From Catajapyx aquilonaris (lineage: Eukaryota), in the NCBI GenBank assembly GCA_000934665.2, contig KZ539075.1, forward strand, positions 1-34,141: DNA of 34,141 bases, read 5' to 3'. A program made the translations under genes and the position numbers. The first letter of the stretch is position 1. Each line of letters starts with the position of its first letter. The notes beneath the pieces were generated by a model. It did not search any database. It was given only the letters and a program-made list of their open reading frames with translations, and was not told the origin of the DNA. Shown here piece after piece: positions 20,651-31,874 of this stretch.

Positions 20651-22666
20651 TATACATATCGGAATAAAACTTAAATTTCGCAATTGACAGATTTCCGCTG
20701 AATTCAGAGACCACTACAGGCATTATAGAACATTACCTTGTTTCTAGAACATTTCAATGCTTCCATATTTTATACAGTAAATTTTTTACTTGATTTTTAC
20801 TTTCCCTTGACTTGATATTTACTCGATTGAAATTTTTTTATCTGATTCTTTGGTTTTCTTGTGGAAAAGATATTGAATGACAGAAAACGGAAAAACATGT
20901 AGGCCTATACTGTAGATGACTGTGGAAGAAACATTCTCTGACTTGACTCATACCAATCTGTAATCTGCTTTAGTTGGCGACTATTTGTTTCGAGGAGACA
21001 GTATAAAGAGGAAGAGGCAAATGAGGCGTGACTCTGGCGCACTCGGCATCATTTCCCGGCAAACAAGCCCAGCTTTCGCTCTTTCTCTTTCTCTCTGTCT
21101 CATGCCGTGCTCAAAAGTGCTGCCGGAAGTGGCGCAAAGTGCCCCAGCCCATTTTCACACCGTCTCACAGGAAATCTCTTATACGGACACTTCTTCAAAA
21201 CCACAATCTCTCACCGTTTTATTTGTTCCGGAAGATTATTCATTTCATATTGCTTCTTTCAAACACCAACATTCGTCATTGTCACGTGACTGAAAAATAG
21301 GATGAGCCGAAAATACCATTTAAGCAGAGAAACGGCAGGGAAGTTTATAATGGCCCATTAAACAAACGTATATTGTGCAAAGTAGCGTTACAACGTAATG
21401 TTCTCGTACAAAAGAAAGCATACACATTGTTTACAATGAGCAGAGAATACTCTGAAGAATGACAATGACAATGAAAATAGTCAATATAAAAAGATAATAA
21501 TATATCACAATATATTTTTAAATACCGGGATGTCAAGGTGTAGGAAACCCGGATAGCATGGGTATAGGATAAGGAACACAGGAAAGGCTGGGCGTAGCCA
21601 GTACACATCAGTTCAAGAAAGGACGTCCAAAGCCTTCTATCCAAGAAAGATTGTCCCAGAACACGTTGCAGGTATGGCTAAGGGCAGAAATTCAAGCAAC
21701 AATCAATCTGTGAGCATGGACATTAACATTCATCCAAATAAACAACACAAAACACTCCAACATTGTCCATAAAAACAAGGCAACGTAAATGTTACGCAAA
21801 AGCTCGAGCACAAAGAGTAATGAAACAATAATGCCGTTAAGTGAACCAATGGAGCACCACAAGTTCAAAAAAGCATTCAAACACGCGTCAATAATGAAGT
21901 GCATTAGTGAAAACAACACACAGGACAGCGAGAGATGACATTCCTCTGCAAAATCAAGACGGAGAGTTACAACGACTCTCGCAGCCATTTATTAGAACTA
22001 TACCAAAATGAGGAGTAAACCACTATACATCCAACTTGCAACCACACAACTCGTGATCGTAGGGCACAGATTACGAGACTGAATACGGAATCAAGGGAAA
22101 ACATTTCCCCGGAGAGGTTGCCAGACACAACCGACTCCATGCACAGTCAGAAGTCGACTGTCTTTGAAGGACAGGAAGAAGCTTCCCAGCAAAAAATGAT
22201 AGTCAAACGGGCAACAAAAGCAAATGAAATAGTTCAGAACGTGGATAAAAAATGCACCAAAAAGGAAATCCAAAGGTTGACATGCGACAGCCATGGCAAT
22301 GTTTAGTGTTCTATCTTATTCTGCTTATTATTTAGAGACCAGTGTCTGTGGAGAGCAGGGGTGAGGATGGGTCTAAAAGAAAGCAGGGACTCGATGATTA
22401 AGAAATGACAAGCCTATCTACATGAATGAGTTCAATTAATTTTTATAAGTAACGCAATGAAATGCTGCTCACTAGGATTCAGATTTTAATGGCATATACA
22501 GTACTCTACACAGCACAACACAACACCGCAGGGTGTTGCAAAGGTTTACACTACCTCTGGGATCGAGGTTCTTTGCGAATTTGTGAAACAGAATTACCTC
22601 TGTTGCTTATGGCAATTTCGTCACCATCACGAGATTATTTGCTGTTATGTTTAGATTCGCCCTATA

Positions 22667-22992
22667 AGGGAGGCGGAGTGGTGCTGCGGTAACGCCCACG
22701 GATGTTAAGGTCCCGGGTTCGATCCCAGCCCGGGGTTCCCCCCCTTCATCTCGTGCAGAGTTGGGCCATCTCTGGCTTCGTCTCGGGTGGAAATTTCCGC
22801 TAGACTAATCCACCCGGGGGAGTTCACAAAATGACCAATATACGACATTGCTCTTGCACTCTGCACATCCCCTCCTACTTACCCTTGGAACAATTAACAT
22901 ATATACATTATATGGTTCCAAAAATAGTTGTATTCCACTCCCCTAAAAAAGGCCCAAGGCCTGAGAATGGGGTACTGTAAAAAAAAATATAT
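22667..22992 (+). mobile_element. tRNA-derived SINE, third head/body type
   Basis: TGGTGCTGCGG A-box-like and GGTTCGATCCC B box. Shared 3' tail (GACATTGC..TGCAC, TATTCCACTCCCCTAA..GGCCCA..GGGGTA + A run). TSD ATTCGCCCT(A/G)TA at 22655-22666 and 22993-23004. Confidence 0.85.
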
Positions 22993-24653
22993 ATTCGCCC
23001 TGTACAGTATTGTATGGTGGTAATAGGGGTCATCCTGCGAGCCTGGCAACCTCCCAAAACATTCGAGCAGCATGGGTGTCCTGACACACAGGAACACTCA
23101 TATTACAGTACCAGCGTATATGGAGAATCTAAACCTTACGTATATGCGATTATCTTCGTAATGAAGTAGAAATCTCCAAAATCAATTCGATATACAATAG
23201 TCCCTAACCGGGAGGCTCATGCTACACAGCAGTGGTCAACCCTTTTTCTTTACTAATAGTTGATTCAAATGGTGGTAGGTGCGTAGGTCTGGAGGAATTG
23301 GTGGGGCCAGTTGCTTGGTATGGGGTAGCCTCGCGGGTAGCGGAAAGACATTGGAACGAAATATCACTATGATTCACATACCGTCTGCTCCTGTGGTGGC
23401 GTGAATGCTGCTGTACTATATATTATATTAATACCTTAATATTTTAATATCATTAGTCATTGCAAGTTACATTTCTGCACGAAACCTTACAGCGCCTTAC
23501 AGTAACAGATAATATTATAATGAATGACACATAAATACTGTAGTAAGTATCTCAAATAACGTAAGTCATGCTTCGTCTCACAGTCAGCAACCTCAGCTAG
23601 AATCAATATCAGCAGCTCTTGATATCAGTAAAAAATGATGACGGCTTCAGCTGTTTCTTGCTTTTTGATTGATTCTGACCACATTAAAAGGTCATCTTAC
23701 TTAGAGACTTCTCTCAAAATATACGGTACACTTCTCGGCCCTACCTCCCACCTCCCCTTCACCTTTTCCCCCATCACACCCATCCCACTTATCTCAAAGT
23801 CACTGACCTTCCCGTAGACAAGGTTCTTGCTCCCTCCATCTTAATATTACTACTGTAGTATACTTCTTCTCAAAGCACTTGACAAAATAATGGGGCCCTG
23901 TAGCCTTGGTCTGGGATTTGGGAAATTTGTACACGAATAGCTCCATACAGTACATGTAAAGAAGCATTCCACCACTTCTCAGCACAGAAAAAAAGGCATT
24001 CCTCGATAAATTATCGATGGTTTAAAAGTCACTCTCAAATTGGCGGGGAAAGGGGGGGGGGGNGGGGGGGGGGGCATGGCCTAACGGGCGCGTTTCCACT
24101 CATGACATCCCCTTCCTGGGGGCGTAAGCGAGGCAGGTCCGCCCCGGGGCGACCTGTAGAAGGCAGTCAAGTACCGGCACCGAGTCCTGAGAACGAACGA
24201 AGTAGTTCGGATGACAGGTGGAGAACTAAACCAGGAAGCGTACAGTACCTGTCTCATTTTTGTAATCTCTCTGGCCTGGCTGACGTCACCGCAACAACAA
24301 CGGGCCACAATGGATAATAAAATCGATTATATATATCTCGAAAACTAATACACATGCATGTACTTCTTCAAACAAAAAAAACCCAGTACTGTGCAACACT
24401 CATATCTTTTATTCCAGATGTGCATTATTGTAAAATAAACACTGTCGGCTGGATTTATCCCGTCCTAGTGTAGGATCCTCGCTTTCACAGCTTCCTGATA
24501 ATCATTATGACTAGTCAATTTTTATTTTTACTTCAGAATTTTGCGTAGCAGGGACACATTATTTACGCTCTCTGCCTTCGTATGAGATGTAGCTCGACGA
24601 CATCTAATGTTTATTCGTCCGCCTCGCTGGGTTTTCTCCTTTCTCTGCTGGCC

Positions 24654-25009
24654 CTAGTTTTCGTTTGTCTTTGGCTGGAAGGGTTTCGTCTCATCTGAGC
24701 CTACTTCTTCCTCAAACTCTGTCCCGGAGTCTTCAGCACTTGTGCCAGAGAAGAAACTTTCTTCAGCTGGGATTACTTGCTCAGGTTGTACCATCTTGGG
24801 TATGCCCAAAAGCCCCTGGACGATATTGAGGCAAGCTATAACGAGCATGAGCAAAGCTGTTTCACCCGAACGCACAGCACTCTGTAATAAAGAAATCGTT
24901 TCTGGGTAGTTATCGATAGGTCTGTAGGACTATTGTATTACTATATCACTGTGTTACTCCACAGGGGGTGGTCCGTACTTACCATGTTGAGAGTAATAGG
25001 AGGAGTCAT
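24654..25009 (-). CDS. Copy B of the unidentified gene family: two exons (25009-24983, 24929-24654), 100-aa open frame with one hydrophobic segment and an acidic tail; may be a truncated pseudogene
   Basis: AAAAC ATG context, 9-codon exon ending ATG|GTAAGT, 53-bp intron, aatag acceptor. Protein MTPPITLNM-SYRPIDNYPETISLLQSAVRSGETALLMLVIACLNIVQGLLGIPK...EDSGTEFEEEVGSDETKPFQPKTNEN*. Same exon-1 length and splice sites in copy C. Synonymous-biased differences vs copy A. Confidence 0.5.
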
Positions 25010-25244
25010 GTTTTCGCACTTGTCAGACCGACTTTTGATTGTTTCTTTGTGTCTTTGTTTAAAGAAATCATTTGCCAGGCAACTGCACGGTGGTAAATGG
25101 AAATCATATATATGCTATAATACTCCATTATTACAGATAGTTAAATATAATGCCTGGTTGACCAGCTGAAAGAGTGTGCACTTTTCGGTACTTGTACCAT
25201 CATTTTTGAAATGCCGCATCACTTTTGATACTGATTTTTCAATA

Positions 25245-27063
25245 TCGCCTCTATATATTGACAGGCAATAAGGATGCTTGTGTTAGACAATTCCCCATAA
25301 TAAACGCCTTGTCTGGAACGATTGACGTCACTCTGACGTAATGGCCCGTCCACAGTGCTGCCACCTAATTCTTCCCCGGGTGAGTGCTATCACCTTCTCA
25401 TCACGGCACCAATTCATCTGGCCACCTTCTTCCCTTCCCGCCAAAAGTCCTAACTGCCACCTATTTCCTTTCCCGCCAATACAGGCCCCGGGTGAGTGCT
25501 GCCACCTTCATCTCATCACGGCACTAAATCATCAGGCCGGGGGTAGGGGGCGGTGCGGCGGGTTGTGGGTGGGGTGGGGTGGGTCAGTGGCTCACTTCTC
25601 ACTGCGCAGTGGAGAGTATGGTCGCTTTATTTCTGTCGGTGGTCAGTACCTTACGTCCTCACGACCTGCTCAGTGCCTCATATCCTCACAACCCGCACAA
25701 TGGACGAGGAGGAGGATCCCATTACTAGAAAGCGTCGGATGGCTAAGGCACGCAGGGCTAGATGGCTAGCAAAGCAAAGTCAGGAGTCCCTGGACAGAAT
25801 TCGTCAGGCAGACGCTGCAGCTCATCGCTTAGCACGCCATCCTCTAACCCAATCCATTCCCGACGAGGCTATTCATTTTCTGGAGGCCCGAGTAGTTCCA
25901 CACTTCTGCGGACCGATTAATGTCATTTGCCACTTCTGTAAGTCCCGCAACTTTCTTACCGAACTTCCTTCTGATGGTAAATTCACAACTTGCTGCCGCA
26001 AAGGAAAACTCAAGGGAAAACTCCGATTAGAGACACCTCGAGATGCTCACGGGAATCTCTTGCCTTATCCTCTTTTCCTGCTTGACGTGATGTCCAATCC
26101 TGACAATCCTGATTATAGGAACTTCCGTGACATCATTCGCTCATACAATAGTGCTATGTCGTTTGCGTCCATGGGAGCCAAAGTGGTTGATTTCAGTGGT
26201 GCCGGACCTTACGTCTTCAAAGTCCATGGTCAAATTTTCCACCGCACGAGTCACGTTCAACCATCGATTATTGACAAACTCCCTTCACAGTCTGTTGTCT
26301 ATTACAGTTCCGATTCAGTCGTTTCCGAGGATCCACACGACGTCCTCAATTTTCCACCAGAGTTTTTGCATGAACTCACTCCCTCAGGCATGCCGCCGCA
26401 TAAGTTGTTGCTGAAACAAGGAGTGGTGGTGATGTTGCTAAGAAATCTCGATCCCAAACAAGGCCTCTGCAACGGCAGTCGCCTATTGGTCACTGGGCTC
26501 CATGCTAATTTCATTGCTGCCGAAGTAGTGTCGGAATGCAATCGCGGTCATGTCGTTTTCTTGCCCCGAATTACCTTAGCTCCCAGTGACATCAATATGC
26601 CTTTTGTTCTCAAACGTCGCCAGTTTCCTATCATTCCAGCTTATGCCATGACGATCAACAAGTCGCAGGGCCAGACTTTTGAGCACGTGGGCATTTACCT
26701 GGATGAACCTGTCTTCTCACATGGCCAGCTGTATGTGGCACTGTCCCGGTCTCGCAACCCAAGTCAGGTCAAAGTATTCACTACTCCTACTGCTCAACAA
26801 GGAACATTGCTCTCCAACAACAGAGTCTTTACACAGAATGTTGTATATCGCGAGGTTTTATGAAAAAGACTTCTCATGTCCGACTCAAGAAGTATAGCCT
26901 ACAGTATGTCCACTGATTCAATGCCACTAAATTTTTCAGCCCCGTCTTACGACCACATATACGCTATTTCTTAGTTGTCACTCCGAGAGGCCTCTCATCC
27001 CATTTTTTCATTCCCATTGTCCTCATTGCAGGTTTTGCCAAATTTTGGCTACGGGTCCGCTAG
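25245..27063 (+). mobile_element. Internally deleted Helitron (~1.8 kb)
   Basis: 5' A|TCGCCTCTATATATTG (5' end uncertain between 25245 and 25250). 3' hairpin GCCAA-ATT-TTGGC (27037-27049), then CTAG|T at 27060-27064. No TSD. Absent from the paralogous arm near 33410. Confidence 0.88.
25700..26863 (+). CDS. Helitron RepHel deletion derivative: N-terminal Zn-binding region fused in frame to the C-terminal Pif1 helicase region (387 aa)
   Basis: CHFCKSRNF..E...CCRKGK, FRDIIRSYNSAMSFASMG and GPYVFKVHGQIFHR are followed directly by PSGMPPHKL.LK.G..VMLLRNLD...GLCNGSRL, RRQFP...YAMTINKSQGQT and VFSHGQLYVALSR. No HUH/Y2 Rep motifs and no Walker A. First ATG at 25700; the track's 25553 start is GTG. 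Confidence 0.9.
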   Translation: MDEEEDPITRKRRMAKARRARWLAKQSQESLDRIRQADAAAHRLARHPLTQSIPDEAIHFLEARVVPHFCGPINVICHFCKSRNFLTELPSDGKFTTCCRKGKLKGKLRLETPRDAHGNLLPYPLFLLDVMSNPDNPDYRNFRDIIRSYNSAMSFASMGAKVVDFSGAGPYVFKVHGQIFHRTSHVQPSIIDKLPSQSVVYYSSDSVVSEDPHDVLNFPPEFLHELTPSGMPPHKLLLKQGVVVMLLRNLDPKQGLCNGSRLLVTGLHANFIAAEVVSECNRGHVVFLPRITLAPSDINMPFVLKRRQFPIIPAYAMTINKSQGQTFEHVGIYLDEPVFSHGQLYVALSRSRNPSQVKVFTTPTAQQGTLLSNNRVFTQNVVYREVL

Positions 27064-27076
27064 TAAGATAGATTCA

Positions 27077-27488
27077 CCGAAGCAGTAGTGGCGGAGGGGA
27101 TTTGGTATCCGACTGCTAATCGGGAGGTCCTGGGTTCGAGTCCCGGAGGCCGGCGGTCCTGACCTTGGTTTTCTGTGGTTTTCCAAGGTCTCCCCAGGAA
27201 TAATTTCCGGGATCGTACCGTAAAATAGGCCACAGCCGCTTCCTTCCTCTCCCTGTCCTGGAGGAGGTGCGGGTTAGTCGGGGGTTTCTAACTCGCATCT
27301 AGGGGGTCATCTTGGCGAACGGGCCCCCTGAGGGACTGCACACGACCCCCAACTTGATGACATTGCACATGCACCAGTGTCCCCTCCTATCCCCACCCTG
27401 TCCCTGGGACAGAGTGGTATTCCACTCCCCTAAGAGAGCCCATGGCTCTAGCACGGGGTATATCTAAAAAAAATAATAATAATAAAAA
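27077..27488 (+). mobile_element. tRNA-derived SINE with an Lm1/Talua-like central domain and the shared 3' tail
   Basis: TGGCGGAGGGG A-box-like and GGTTCGAGTCCC B box. GGTTTTCTGTGGTTTTCC...CCGGGATCGTACC.TAAAATAGGCCACAGCCGCTTCCTTCC resembles the orthopteran/termite SINE domain. Perfect 13-bp TSD TAAGATAGATTCA at 27064-27076 and 27489-27501. Confidence 0.9.
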
Positions 27489-27602
27489 TAAGATAGATTC
27501 ATGAGTGAATGCAAATTATGTGAGTTCTGTAATATGGCTACTTACCGCCTCGCATCCCTTTCCACTGCTACCTAAATTCCGTAGAAAATTCATATATATA
27601 TA

Positions 27603-27740
27603 CAGGGTGAGTCATAATTCGGCAGACAAACAATGGGTGAACTCTCACAGTCAGAGACACCTCCACATAAAGTGATCCACTGGTGCTCATACAGGAGTCG
27701 ACTCTATAGAAGTGTGTCGGTAGAATGAGGAAAGACCCTG
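27603..27740. mobile_element. Old Tc1/mariner-type MITE, duplicated in inverted form at 32742-32895
   Basis: TA|CAGGGTG...ACCCTG|TA. CATAATTCGGCAGACAAAC and CAGAGACACCTCCA are shared with the reverse complement of 32742-32895. Confidence 0.7.
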
Positions 27741-27761
27741 TAAGTTATATGCATGAATATA

Positions 27762-27951
27762 CAGTGTACTCCGGATATAACAGACTGCAAGGGACCGCGG
27801 AAATGAGTATGTTATAACCGAGGTCTGATATTATATGCAAATATACAGGCCATAATTATATGGAAGTATGGCGGGACCAACCTCTCGAGTCTGCTATAAG
27901 CGGTAGTCTGTTATAGCCGATGCTGTTATAATTATCAGGAGTCAATTATTG
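27762..27951. mobile_element. pogo/Tigger-like MITE
   Basis: TA|CAGTGTACTCCGGATATAAC, internal GGGACC and GTTATA(A/G)CCG repeats, degenerate right end. Absent from the paralogous arm. Confidence 0.6.
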
Positions 27952-28781
27952 TATATAAAATGCAAATATGCAGTGCTATGTGCAGTACAGTATTAGGATA
28001 ATCAAATATAAGAACAAAATATTTTGACCATGACAACATTAACGTTGTGCTTCAAACAAATATCACTTATGATGAAAGTGCACGAAGCAGAAGAGCAATC
28101 ATCAGAATCGCACAAGCGAGATAATAGAAAGATCATAAAGATTGATGGGCCTTTGAAAAATCCGATATCTTCCTGTCACCTGGGCGGCACTTATATAGAC
28201 TACTGATCACTTATTTTCTTCGGAGTATGCTCTCGTGCGTGTCACCACGACAGTTCCAATGACAAAAAAGCTGCACGTGAGCCATACCAATACTTGCAAA
28301 CTTTTGCTAAAATCCTTATTTCTCAGGAACTAGGTATAACCTAAATGAAGATACTTTTAACGAACAGTGGCGTAATTCATTTTACTGCGTTTTACAAGAC
28401 CTTTCCTTCCAGTGTGTAACAGCTAGACATTTAAAAAAATACCTGCAGACGTCTTTTTTACATAAGCACTATATTATCCTAAGCACTTTCCTTTTTCCTC
28501 TGCCAAAGTTATGATTCCATATTTGGATGCGGCTTTCCTATCAGTGTGCTATCAGTTTATACTTTCCCAGCAAAAAATAGTTATCCTGATACATAGGCTG
28601 CGGTATGGCATGAGTTGCGGGTTGCTATGGTGAGTTAGGATAAATGTAATGTTGCATAATTATCCTACATATGACATAATAACGTGGAACATATTTTTCT
28701 TATGTTTAAGAAGGCCATTATTATCTTGTTCTATTATTTTAAGCTAGCAATTAATTCACACTCCGTGTTTTTACTCATAAA

Positions 28782-29037
28782 CGCATCCCGGCAATAACAG
28801 GGGCACAAGTCCAACAATGACGATTTTGACTTACTACTAGAGCAGGGTCCATGACCGTGTGCACATTCAGAATGCATATTCTGATTTTTAGAAATTAATA
28901 ATTAATAATTCTGATTATTCGAATGCTGCATCAATACCTGATTTATGATAACACTATACCAACACTTTACAGCTTTCAAAGTGCTCTCCTGTGAAATTGA
29001 CTTTTTGGACTTGAGCTCCTGTTATTGCCGGGGTGCG
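28782..29037. mobile_element. MITE (256 bp, ~33-bp TIRs)
   Basis: CGCA(T/C)CCCGGCAATAACAGG(G/A)GC(A/T)CAAGTCCAA at both ends, inverted. TSD degenerate. Confidence 0.8.
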
Positions 29038-31874
29038 ATATGTAGATCGACATGCTACAAAATGTTCCCTGGTGGGATTTGAATATTGTCATGCTTATGG
29101 CACTCTCCCTGATCTACGGTGTAAAACTGTTCGCTAATTTTTACTGCCGATTGCCATACTGTGAAGTCACCTTATAGCTTACACTCCTTACAGGATGGTG
29201 AAAACGATCCATTTTTCACCCAAACATTACGGTCCTTTAGAAGGTCTCAGGAGAAATTGCTTTCTACGTAATTTTTGCCATTTCGGATCAATAACAGAAC
29301 TGTCGTTTGTCACTCTTGAGGATGGTAAGACTTATCCTGTCGGGCATGCCGTTCCCAATTACCTGCACTGGGTTTCTGAGTGGTCTACCATGCATGAATT
29401 TTCCTATCATTCACATTGGAAGCAATACCAATAAAATTACATACGATTATTATCAACAAAACATAACCGAAATTGTCACATTCAACTTTTTTTATTATTG
29501 AGAGAGTCGGTGCAAGAAGATCGTATCCCAACCGATATTGTGCAATTAAAACACTCCTGATGGCATCTGTCAATTCGTGAGAGTATGTAGATTAGAGAGG
29601 CTATATTCCTAGTTTTCTACTACAAAAAAACAAACAGGGGCATTTTAAAAATTCTTCAGTGTGGTGCCAAATGCTAGTCTTTCAATGAGATAAAACACTA
29701 CATCCTGAAGCGACCATTTGACACAAGCTGTGGAAAAATTAGAAAGAAAACTCAAAATATTAGCGAAAATATACTGCAGAAAGAATATTGCAGCCGCAAA
29801 ATTGTAACTGCCTTTTCCAAAAATTGGGGAGAGTTGAGACACGTTGTCCTTACACCAACCCTCTCAGTTTTGAGATACCTAATAGTAAATCCGAGCGGAA
29901 ACGCAACCTTTCCTCCATCATGTTATAATTATCCAGGAGGTCTAATTCCATTGACTATTTTAAAAATAAACAAATATACGCATCGAAATTGCCTAAGAAT
30001 AATAATACCAGGCCCAATTAGACTGCTGGTCAAGATTTGAAGAAGACTGTGTGAAAAATAGATTGCTTTTTAAAGAAATATATGGTGCTGAGGTCACCGC
30101 AAGAAGGGGATAGTTTTGTGCGAGAAATGGGACAGGGCGGGAGAACCATGGGGGGAAACGGGGGGAAAGGTGGGGGAAGGGCCTCGGTTTGCTGAAAGGC
30201 GCGCGGTCAGCTGGCCACAAATCTCCAGTTGAATGGAGCTAGGCGAAGGGGGTTTAATGGGCCGAGGCCTATCTATCAATTAGGTAGGGAGAGGAACACT
30301 AATTCCTTCTCTCTACTGCTGCCCTCTACCGTTCCGCCCTTTTCTTTCATTCGGCCTGCTCCTCTCGTCCCCCTCCATCCCTTTTGCAGGGATGTTGCAG
30401 CATGCCGGGATGATGATGCTGGGAGGAATGGGGGGAATCGATGATGGCCTGCTCTCCCGCTTCATCACTGGGCTTTTATGAGTCGGAGACACCCCCCCCC
30501 CCCACCCCCCNNNNNNNNNNNNNNNNNNCCCCCCCCCCACCCCCCCATCATCCAGCATCAGACTGAGGGAGCCACGGACCAAGCAACCAAGCAAGCCCTG
30601 GACCCCATTTGTTGGGCCGTGACGTAATTGCCCTTCTCTTGGCGGCCAAATTGCTTCTCATCGCCTCGATTATCCCCTTAATGGAAGCCGCACATTACTA
30701 CTCTCGCTTCCGGATTTCTTTCTCCGGATCGGCTCTAGGGGACCAGCGACGGAGCTTAGTGGGGGAGGGAGAGGAGGGGGGAGGAAGAAAGGAGAGGGAG
30801 GGAGGAGAAGAGGAGGAGGGGGGGGGGGGGCAGATGNGGGGGCAGATGCCGACATTGGCCCTAATGGCAGGCTAACCTCGATCAAATGGGCCCCTGCGAT
30901 TTTGATGCTTCGTATATTTTGTAAGCCGTCAGCCTGTTCGCATTCAGCCAATTTGGGCCTGAGATATAGGCCTATATACTTAGTTAAGTTGTGGTTTGTT
31001 GTCGCAACAAATAAAACTAACATCAATGTCGCATTGTATGATTGGGTGTGTTGTAGTATTTGTTTGCTGCTGTTTGATATGCATTTAACAATTTGTANCC
31101 CCCCCCCCCCATATCTCTATATAGGTTCGTCCCTGATCAAATTCACGCACACGACAAGGGTCTTACTCATGAGCTTACAGGAATACATAACAGTTGATTA
31201 CTAAAACTGAAAATGAGCATATTTTTACAATTTTCATCCGATTCAAAGATATAAAATGAAGTTATATTTGACTGATTTTGAAAAAGGAGGGTTTCAAGTT
31301 CGCAGATTGCACTGCCACTAAGCCACTTATGGATGGATTTTTCAAATATACCGCCGGTATTCTTAGGGGACAATAATTTTTCTATCAGAAAACTGACTTG
31401 ACCATCAGAAAGTTATCCTTCGATTAGTTCGATAACTACAGCGGGTCCTGAGTACCGCGCATTTAGCCAACCGCTGATATTTATTTTTAAACATTCCAAT
31501 AACTTTGCCGCGTGCTGAACACTACAGTATACAGTAGGCTGTAACGGCTACTACTTAAATACCATTTACATCGAGTTATGTCTTCTAAGGTAGCGATCTA
31601 GAGATAAGTATACACTGTACAGTACGTAGTTAACAGTTGCTCCTTCGTCTCATTTCTCATCCCTACATTTTTTGACTTATTTTGTAATAATTATTTCTTC
31701 CCAATGACGAAGATAACGCGCTTAAGGAGCCCTTCCACGATTAATTTTGCTGTGTACCACGATGATTTTAATGAACGTTGTTCCTAAAAGCATCTCCAAA
31801 TGTAAGTTTGTATCCTTTGGAGTAAAATGTAAATATTTCGCAAAAAAAAATCAACTTAATCACAGCATACAAAC

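Noticed and set aside
20985..22306. Cluster of 60-102 aa ORFs, possibly a decayed gene or transposase
   Set aside because: No recognisable motif, consistent splice pattern or terminal repeats found.
24530..24881. CRF/DH44-like neuropeptide precursor (signal-like stretch, acidic spacer, RRK, LDVV)
   Set aside because: No PSLSI motif or amidation signal, the basic site is out of frame, and the pattern is not kept in copy A.
25553..25699. N-terminal 49 aa of the 436-aa track ORF
   Set aside because: Starts at GTG in a G-rich leader. The first ATG and the RepHel-like sequence start at 25700.
30491..30547. Poly-C tract with N run (also poly-G at ~24051-24074)
   Set aside because: Low-quality homopolymer or assembly gap, so length and content are unreliable.
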